A stretch of DNA of 56,867 nucleotides, taken from positions 1 through 56,867 of the IMG/VR virus record IMGVR_UViG_3300049042_000288, one strand, 5' to 3'. The notes beneath the pieces were generated by a model, which made no database searches, was not told the DNA's origin, and saw only the letters and a list, made by a program, of their open reading frames with translations. The first letter of the stretch is position 1; the number at the start of each line of letters is the position of its first letter. This DNA is from a virus (lineage: Duplodnaviria > Caudoviricetes). The position numbers were made by a program, and so were the translations under genes. This document shows, piece after piece, positions 1 to 5,701 of this stretch.

Positions 1-47
1 ACGTAGGCCGAGATCGAAGGGTCGTACTCGTGTGCGATGGTTGTCAT
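1..47 (-). CDS. 5' end of a DUF932/TIGR03299-like protein, truncated by the window edge; probably continues at 56867
   Basis: ATG at 47 follows RBS GGAGACACCAC and a consensus promoter. It reads MTTIAHEYDPSISAY, resembling the AHE...AYV start of this family. Confidence 0.6.
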   Translation of the reverse strand, partial: MTTIAHEYDPSISAY

Positions 48-154
48 GTGGTGTCTCCTTGGATCGGGCAGCGCGCCAACCGCGCCGCCAATAGGTGTGT
101 TTATAGGGGATCGCACTTTATCTGTCAAACAGATTGAGTGCGACATGTTGTCAG
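45..154 (-). repeat. Early regulatory cassette copy 1
   Basis: Minus strand: CTGACAACATGTCGCA box; TTGACA(128-123)-N17-TATAAA(105-100); hairpin GGCGGCGCG-GTTGG-CGCGCTGCC; GGAGACACCACATG. Confidence 0.9.
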
Positions 155-336
155 TCTCGGATCAGCTCAACCTTGGGGACCGTGATCTGGTCGTGGGGCA
201 TGAAGGCCCCGCAGCGCCGGGCGTTCCACCGGGCGATCCTGCGTGCCTCGGACTTGCCCCCGGCGTCCACGGTCTCCGTGTAGGTCTTGATGCCATCGAT
301 GCGGCTGGTGACCTTGATGGTGCAGAGGTAGTCCAT
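151..336 (-). CDS. Hypothetical early protein (MDYLCTIKV...)
   Basis: ATG overlaps the upstream TAA (TAATG). Its TGA stop is the first element of cassette 1. Confidence 0.75.
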   Translation of the reverse strand: MDYLCTIKVTSRIDGIKTYTETVDAGGKSEARRIARWNARRCGAFMPHDQITVPKVELIRD

Positions 337-551
337 TAGGCCACCGCCAGCAGGTTGAGGGTCTTCTCGATGATCTTGTGCTGGCGCTTCAGCGGCGAGA
401 CGACGCGCCATCCCTTCTTCGTGTTTTCCACGACCTGCGTGTAGTCGATCACTCCGCTGAAGCCGAAGCTTACGACGTAGAGCTTTTCGCCGTCTTTGGC
501 GTAAACCGTGGTGCCGCTCAGGCAGCTATTGGAAATTCGTTCGATGTTCAT
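336..551 (-). CDS. Hypothetical early protein (MNIERISNS...)
   Basis: ATG at 551 directly after the cassette RBS GGAGACACCAC. Confidence 0.8.
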   Translation of the reverse strand: MNIERISNSCLSGTTVYAKDGEKLYVVSFGFSGVIDYTQVVENTKKGWRVVSPLKRQHKIIEKTLNLLAVA

Positions 552-655
552 GTGGTGTCTCCGTTCCGGGCAGCGCGCCAACCGCGCCGCCAACACAAGT
601 GATCATAAAGGAGATCGCAGATAAGTCAAAGGATTTATCTGCGACATGTCGTCAG
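549..655 (-). repeat. Early regulatory cassette copy 2
   Basis: CTGACGACATGTCGCA box; TTGACT(629-624)-N16-TATGAT(607-602); same hairpin and RBS as copy 1. Confidence 0.9.
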
Positions 656-1107
656 CCTTTGAAGACCCAGTACCCATACACGCACCGGGTGCCGTCGCGG
701 CTGCAGTCGTAGGTGTCGTGGATGATCCCGTCGATCACCGCGCAGTAGTGCCGGGTCACCCGGACGATGATCCTGCCCATGGGCAGGTCCTCGGGGCGTA
801 GGTGGACCTTGCAGCCCGACCCGATGGTCATGCACGTCACCCAGACGAAGCCGTGCTTGACCATCCAGTCCTTGAACCACTTGCGCGTGGTCCAGATACC
901 GTGGTTCGCCGTTCGCCGACCGCAGCTCTTCTTGCGGCGGCTGCGCTTGGTCTGGCGCTGGTCAGCGTTGCCCTCTGCCATGGCGTCGTAGACGTACTGG
1001 TAGTCCAGCCCGGCTGCGATGGCGATGGCCCGGGTCACGCAGTCGCCTGCGCTACCCTTGAAGCCTGCCGCTGCGCGGCCACCGTCGTTGCAGATGAAGT
1101 TGCCCTT
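652..1107 (-). CDS. Conserved-looking phage protein, possible papain-like Cys/His fold; no canonical start at the apparent N-terminus
   Basis: From 1107 the frame reads KGNFICNDGGRAAAGFKGSAGDCVTRAIAIA...HYCAVIDGIIHDTYD. The first GTG (1038) lies after the GDC motif. Confidence 0.7.
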   Translation of the reverse strand, partial: KGNFICNDGGRAAAGFKGSAGDCVTRAIAIAAGLDYQYVYDAMAEGNADQRQTKRSRRKKSCGRRTANHGIWTTRKWFKDWMVKHGFVWVTCMTIGSGCKVHLRPEDLPMGRIIVRVTRHYCAVIDGIIHDTYDCSRDGTRCVYGYWVFKG

Positions 1108-1342
1108 AGGACACCTCCTGCAGGCTGGGCCACATCTTTAAGACGCGCGGCTTGATCAGGCTTGGCGTCTGCTCAATGGCGTACCGCGCGTTGCGCTCGT
1201 TGATGAAGTGCGCCGCGTTCAGCGGGCTCTCAGCGCCGAATGGCGACAGGATGCGATTGCGCTCCGGGTTCTGTTCGAACTTCGCAAAGATCATTTCGCC
1301 GAGCGCGTTGTTGCAGGCAATGACGTAAACTACGTTTTTCAT
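1106..1342 (-). CDS. Hypothetical early protein (MKNVVYVIAC...)
   Basis: ATG after the cassette RBS; 78 aa. Confidence 0.8.
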   Translation of the reverse strand: MKNVVYVIACNNALGEMIFAKFEQNPERNRILSPFGAESPLNAAHFINERNARYAIEQTPSLIKPRVLKMWPSLQEVS

Positions 1343-1447
1343 GTGGTGTCTCCGGTTCGTCCCGGCGGCGCGTGCCGTCGGCGACAGGTGCAGTTATAGG
1401 GGATCGCACTTAATCTGTCAAATCGATTAAGTGCGACATGTCGTCAG
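1340..1447 (-). repeat. Early regulatory cassette copy 3
   Basis: CTGACGACATGTCGCA box; TTGACA(1421-1416)-N17-TATAAC(1398-1393); variant GC hairpin; GGAGACACCACATG. Confidence 0.9.
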
Positions 1448-1740
1448 GAGACGATCTCCGTCGTTGGAACGAACTGCTCGCGCCATGCGTCCTGCACAGC
1501 CTGCGAGAACTTCTGTTCAACCTCAAGGTCGTTGAGGCGGTTCCAGAACGGGTGGTGATCGCCGTCGTTGTAGCGGCGCTGATAGGCGATGGCCATGCGG
1601 CGATAGCGGTCCAGCGCCTTGTAGGCTTTGCCTGTCGGCATCCTGCCGCCGTTCTTCGCCAGAAGATCGTTGATGTGGTTGTACAGGGCGTCAACCATCG
1701 GCATGAGAGGGCTGGTGCCGCTCCAGAAGCTGCTTTCCAT
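1444..1740 (-). CDS. Hypothetical early protein (may extend to 1761)
   Basis: 98-aa ORF whose TGA is the first element of cassette 3. In-frame AAG GGC AAC TCC ATC lies upstream of the ATG. Confidence 0.75.
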   Translation of the reverse strand: MESSFWSGTSPLMPMVDALYNHINDLLAKNGGRMPTGKAYKALDRYRRMAIAYQRRYNDGDHHPFWNRLNDLEVEQKFSQAVQDAWREQFVPTTEIVS

Positions 1741-1759
1741 GGTCGAGATGGAGTTGCCC

Positions 1760-1954
1760 TTAAGCCACCTCCACGATGTTCATGGCGACGCCCGTCCTTT
1801 CGAGCAACATGTTGCGAGCGGCGACCGCGCGCTCCCGGCTTTCCCAGCCGTTCGCTTCTGAACGGTCGGTGGTGTACACGATGCTACCGCCATCCGTGTC
1901 GTCGATGTAGGCGAGGTAGTCACTGCCGTTCTGGGCAATAAGAAAGAATTTCAT
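1760..1954 (-). CDS. Hypothetical early protein (MKFFLIAQNG...)
   Basis: ATG after GGAGACACCAT. Confidence 0.8.
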   Translation of the reverse strand: MKFFLIAQNGSDYLAYIDDTDGGSIVYTTDRSEANGWESRERAVAARNMLLERTGVAMNIVEVA

Positions 1955-2059
1955 ATGGTGTCTCCTTGGTCCGTGCGTCGCGCCATCGCGCCGCCACGAG
2001 TGAAGTTATAAGGGATCGCCTTTCGAAAGGCAATCCCTTTATCTGCGACATGTTGTCAG
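1952..2059 (-). repeat. Early regulatory cassette copy 4
   Basis: CTGACAACATGTCGCA box; TTGCCT(2033-2028)-N17-TATAAC(2010-2005); hairpin GGCGGCGCG-ATGG-CGCGACGC; GGAGACACCATATG. Confidence 0.9.
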
Positions 2060-2418
2060 GCGATACCGAGCTTCTTCTTTGCGTGTTCGATCTGCTTGAA
2101 GTACTTCGCTGGCACCTTCGGCCCGTCGCTCTCGCGGTCGCCCGTCGCGTTCAGGTCGAACGTCTTCGCCAGACCTGTGTCAGCGTCGTAGTAACCGTAG
2201 CCACGGCAGACGAGACCTTCTTCTTCGTTACCCCGGTTGCGCCAGAGTTCGAGTTGCCACGTCAAGCTGCCTTCGAGAGCTTCCTTCAGGTGATGCGAGT
2301 ATCCGTGACCGATGCGGTCAAGAAACCACTGCAGGTCGTCCGAGAAGTGGTGATCGACGATGTCACCATACTCGTCCACCTCGTGCAGGGTCCATTCGTA
2401 TGAGACGGTGGTTTTCAT
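2056..2418 (-). CDS. Hypothetical early protein (MKTTVSYEW...)
   Basis: Coupled to the upstream gene by TAATG. Its TGA is the first element of cassette 4. Confidence 0.8.
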   Translation of the reverse strand: MKTTVSYEWTLHEVDEYGDIVDHHFSDDLQWFLDRIGHGYSHHLKEALEGSLTWQLELWRNRGNEEEGLVCRGYGYYDADTGLAKTFDLNATGDRESDGPKVPAKYFKQIEHAKKKLGIA

Positions 2419-2594
2419 TAGCGTGCCACCTCGCAGTGTTCGACCTTTACGCGCATCTTGAGCGATGCCTCGCGCTCGGCCTTGAACTTCTTGCGAGCTT
2501 CGCGTGCATGCACGGCAACGATGAAGCCGTCCGTCTCAGCATAGTACATGCCGTCTTTTTCGTAGCAGGCGGCGATGAGGTAAAACTTTTTCAT
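2418..2594 (-). CDS. Hypothetical early protein (MKKFYLIAAC...)
   Basis: ATG at 2594 after the cassette RBS. Confidence 0.75.
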   Translation of the reverse strand: MKKFYLIAACYEKDGMYYAETDGFIVAVHAREARKKFKAEREASLKMRVKVEHCEVAR

Positions 2595-2698
2595 GTGGTG
2601 TCTCCGGTTCGTCGCAGCGCGCCGTCGCGCTGCCAACACCGATCAATATAAAGGGATCGCCGATTATTGCAAGCTGATTATATGCGACATGTTGTCAG
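2592..2698 (-). repeat. Early regulatory cassette copy 5 (head of the array)
   Basis: CTGACAACATGTCGCA box; TTGCAA(2672-2667)-N16-TATATT(2650-2645); hairpin GCAGCGCG-ACGG-CGCGCTGC; GGAGACACCACATG. Confidence 0.85.
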
Positions 2699-2699
2699 G

Positions 2700-2738
2700 G
2701 TAAACTGACTGCCGCCCAGTTAGTTTACTCTTTCTTTC
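2700..2738 (+). terminator. Hairpin with pyrimidine tail in the divergent intergenic region
   Basis: GTAAACTGACTG-CCGCC-CAGTTAGTTTAC followed by TCTTTCTTT. Confidence 0.45.
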
Positions 2739-2757
2739 CGGGATTATGAAATAACCA

Positions 2758-2786
2758 TTGAAAGATCGGTAATCCCCCATTATAAA
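2758..2786 (+). promoter_or_regulatory. Sigma70-type promoter for the replication operon
   Basis: TTGAAA-N17-TATAAA, ~50 nt upstream of the RBS (AAGGAG) of the 2838 gene. Confidence 0.75.
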
Positions 2787-2837
2787 GGGCTCCAATGGCA
2801 AAGGCGCATCCCGCGCAGTCCAGTTTAAGGAGTTCGC

Positions 2838-3644
2838 ATGAGCAGCAATACGCTTCCGGCCACACAGGCCACCAAGCCGGGTCTCCCGGCCTCTACCACC
2901 CCCGCCACACCGCAGATCATCCTCAAGGAAGACGGCAGTCTCGACTTCGAGGCCATGGCTGGCTTCGGCTTCGAGAACGTCAATGAGACCCGGGACATCG
3001 TCATCCCCCGGCTCACGATCTTGCAGGCCCTGTCGCCCCAGTGTACGCGGTCCAAGCATGAGTATCTGGCCGACGCCCGTCCCGGCGACATCTGCGATAC
3101 CGCGACCAACACAATCTTCCCGCAGCCGCTGAAGGTCGTCGTGGTGGATTACATGGTCAGCTATCTGGAGTGGGCTCCACGTGCCTCCACGAAGGGTCTC
3201 GTGGCCATCTACGCCGATGGCGGTCCGATGCCCGAGACGCGCCCTGACGAGCGCGGCAGGCAGGTTACAGCCGCTGGCAACCTGCTCGTCGAGAGCCGTC
3301 AGTTCTTCTGCCTCCTGCCCGAGCACGGCAATCGCCGGGTGTTCATCCCGATGTCGTCCACGCAGGCCAAGAAGGCGAAGAAGTGGGTGACCGCGATGCG
3401 CGCCGAGAAGTTCCCGGGCAAGGAGCTGATCGTGCCGCTCTTCTACCGCACGCATCTTCTGTCCAGCTTCGGCGAAAGCAATGCCGAGGGTAGCTGGGAA
3501 GGCTGGAAGATCGAGGCCGGGCCCACCGTCAAGGAACTGCCGAACGCAGTCGAGACCATGAAGGCGATCAGCTCGTTCTTCACGGTGCTCAAGTCCGGCC
3601 AGATGAAGGCCGCACACGCTGGCGAAGACGAGGTGGCGTTCTAA
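2838..3644 (+). CDS. Phage replication protein, putative ssDNA-binding protein
   Basis: 268 aa; GFENV...DIVIPRLTILQALSPQ motif; acidic tail ending in F (EDEVAF); first gene of the replication operon. Confidence 0.55.
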   Translation: MSSNTLPATQATKPGLPASTTPATPQIILKEDGSLDFEAMAGFGFENVNETRDIVIPRLTILQALSPQCTRSKHEYLADARPGDICDTATNTIFPQPLKVVVVDYMVSYLEWAPRASTKGLVAIYADGGPMPETRPDERGRQVTAAGNLLVESRQFFCLLPEHGNRRVFIPMSSTQAKKAKKWVTAMRAEKFPGKELIVPLFYRTHLLSSFGESNAEGSWEGWKIEAGPTVKELPNAVETMKAISSFFTVLKSGQMKAAHAGEDEVAF

Positions 3645-4213
3645 TGGTCGATGAGTTCGACACGATGATGGAAGAGGCGGCAAGTGCCGCCTCAACCGTC
3701 TCAACCTCAGACCTGCGCTCGCTGGTGATGTTGGGGGAGAAGACCGTTGGCATGAAGGCACAGATCGATGCACTCGACGAAGAGCTGGGCAAGCTCAAGC
3801 GCGAGTACACGGACCTGCGCCAGAAGGACCTGCCGGAAGCCATGGCCAAGATCGGCCTCGCCAAGTTCACGCTCGACAGTGGCGTGGAGATCAAGGTCGA
3901 GGAGTTCGTCGGCGGTGGACTGCCGAAGGACGCCGAGGCTAAGGAGAAGGCACTGCAATGGCTGATCGACAACGAGGCGTCTGGTCTCATCAAGACAGGC
4001 GTGTCGCTGACCTTCGGTCGCGACCAGTACGACACAGCGGTGGCGCTGGTCGATGAACTGAAGGGCAAGGGCCTTCCTGCCGAGATCGGTACAGGCGTCC
4101 ATCCCCAGACGTTGCATGCCTTCGTGCGCGAGCGCCTGAGGAACGGCGAGCCCGTCGATCAGGCTGCACTGGGCGTCTTCGTTGGCCGCGTTGCCAAGTT
4201 CAAGGGGGCGTAA
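3644..4213 (+). CDS. Conserved phage replication-region hypothetical protein
   Basis: 189 aa; N-terminal coiled coil; LPEAM and VHPQTLHAFVRE motifs; TAATG coupling. Confidence 0.75.
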   Translation: MVDEFDTMMEEAASAASTVSTSDLRSLVMLGEKTVGMKAQIDALDEELGKLKREYTDLRQKDLPEAMAKIGLAKFTLDSGVEIKVEEFVGGGLPKDAEAKEKALQWLIDNEASGLIKTGVSLTFGRDQYDTAVALVDELKGKGLPAEIGTGVHPQTLHAFVRERLRNGEPVDQAALGVFVGRVAKFKGA

Positions 4214-4666
4214 ATGACAACACCGCCCATCCGCAAGAAATGGCTGGTGCTCGATCTCGACGGTGTGCTGGCTGACAATAGTCACCGTCTGGGCGCAGCG
4301 CAGGCACGTGATTGGAACGCCTACGAGGAGCTGGCAAAGCTCGATCCCCCCGGGGAAGCCGCCAAGCAGCTCTTCTATCGCTGGGAGGACAGCGGTGGTC
4401 ACATCCTGATCCTGACGGGTCGTTCCAACTCTCGTAGGGAGCAGACCCGCCTCTGGCTTCAGGAGAACCAACTCGTGCCGGATGAGTTGCTCATGCGACC
4501 AGAAAATATGTGGGTCGCTGACGGCGAGATGAAGGTCCAGATGCTCGACGAGCATTTCGGCGACAGGGAGTCGGCGCTCGGGTCGGTGGCTTTGATCGTG
4601 GACGACACCGAGAGCGTAGTTGCTGCGCTCCGAAACGCAGGGTTCCCTGTATGGCACGCAGGGTAA
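4214..4666 (+). CDS. HAD-family phosphatase (PNK-phosphatase-like)
   Basis: DLDGVL, LTGR, LLMRP and VDD motifs. Confidence 0.85.
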   Translation: MTTPPIRKKWLVLDLDGVLADNSHRLGAAQARDWNAYEELAKLDPPGEAAKQLFYRWEDSGGHILILTGRSNSRREQTRLWLQENQLVPDELLMRPENMWVADGEMKVQMLDEHFGDRESALGSVALIVDDTESVVAALRNAGFPVWHAG

Positions 4667-4709
4667 CCCTGATCAACGCAGGGTAACCATGATCAATAAA
4701 TGGGTAAAC
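4635..4709 (+). repeat. Tandem ~20-bp repeats with palindromic core
   Basis: ACGCAGGGTTCCCTG (4635), ACGCAGGGTAACCCTGATCA (4656), ACGCAGGGTAACCATGATCA (4676), partial GGGTAAAC (4702). Confidence 0.8.
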
Positions 4710-4713
4710 GAAA

Positions 4714-5304
4714 ATGCAGATAGAGACGAAAGAAACAACGGACCAGCCGGAAACGGCATCAAGCAACGATCCGCTCTGGCTGGTGTTCGATACCGAAACC
4801 ACGGGCCTCGTCAATCCTGCCTCCAGTGACGTGCGGGACCAGCCTTACGTCATCGAGTTCGCTGGCGTCCTGATCAACAGGAGCGGGGATATCGTGAAAG
4901 AGTACGAGCAGCTCTTCAAGCCGCCCGTGACGCTGACCCCAAAGATCACGGAGATCACGGGGCTGACCGACGAGAAGCTAAAGGACGCCAAACCGTTCGA
5001 CTGCGACGCCGTCCAGAACTTCTTCAACACGCCCCACGTCCATGCGGCGGTGGCACACAATTTCTCCTTCGACAGGGCGATGATCGGGTTCGAGTTTGCC
5101 CGGGCTGAGCGTGTCATACAGTGGCCCCCGATTGTGATCTGTACGGTCGAAGCCACCTATCCGATTCACGGTCGCCGATTGAAGCTGGGCCAGATGTACA
5201 GGCACCTCTTCGGCGAGGATTTCACCGGGGCCCACCGTGCCATGGCAGACGTTAAGGCGCTGGCCAAATGCACTGCATACCTGATCCAGAGAGGGATGGT
5301 CTGA
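4714..5304 (+). CDS. dnaQ: DEDDh 3'-5' exonuclease, DNA polymerase III epsilon-like
   Basis: FDTETTG, AHNFSFD and AHRAMADV motifs. Confidence 0.9.
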   Translation: MQIETKETTDQPETASSNDPLWLVFDTETTGLVNPASSDVRDQPYVIEFAGVLINRSGDIVKEYEQLFKPPVTLTPKITEITGLTDEKLKDAKPFDCDAVQNFFNTPHVHAAVAHNFSFDRAMIGFEFARAERVIQWPPIVICTVEATYPIHGRRLKLGQMYRHLFGEDFTGAHRAMADVKALAKCTAYLIQRGMV

Positions 5305-5528
5305 TGCCGAAAGAGAGCAAGTTTACGGTCACCATGATCGAGGTCGTTGGTGAGCTTCACCGCGAGAGTCCGAAAGCCTACCTGTTCTACGACGGAGCAG
5401 GGCTGGTGTGGGTCCCCAAGAGTCAGTGCAAGTGGGAGCCAGATCCCAACGCCGCACCAAAGACTGGGCCGAAGCCGGGATCGATGCACGTGCCTGAATG
5501 GATCGCCAAAGAAAAGGGGATGATCTGA
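5304..5528 (+). CDS. Hypothetical protein
   Basis: TGATG coupling at both ends; VWVPKSQ...PEWIAKEKG. Confidence 0.75.
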   Translation: MPKESKFTVTMIEVVGELHRESPKAYLFYDGAGLVWVPKSQCKWEPDPNAAPKTGPKPGSMHVPEWIAKEKGMI

Positions 5529-5701
5529 TGGTGGGTCTTGCGCTCCTGATCTACGTAGTCATCGCCGTCTGGTTCCATGGATGGGTCTGCGGCGTTGACC
5601 ATGCCATGAGACCTCAACCAGCATTCTGGCTTCAGTTCAGCGTCGCGCTGTTATGGCCGATGGTAGTCTACAGCGCCTACAAGCAGTGGAGATCGCGTTG
5701 A
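5528..5701 (+). CDS. Small membrane protein
   Basis: Two hydrophobic segments (ALLWP motif); coupled start. Confidence 0.65.
   Translation: MVGLALLIYVVIAVWFHGWVCGVDHAMRPQPAFWLQFSVALLWPMVVYSAYKQWRSR

Noticed and set aside
45-2698. Early repeats as a CRISPR array or integron attC array
   Set aside because: Intervals are 400-700-bp gene pairs, not spacers, and no cas genes are present. There are no clear RYYYAAC/GTTRRRY ends and no tyrosine recombinase in the window.
2664-4657. Long minus-strand ORFs 2664-3773 and 3707-4657
   Set aside because: Antisense shadows of well-supported plus-strand genes in GC-rich DNA; no motifs.
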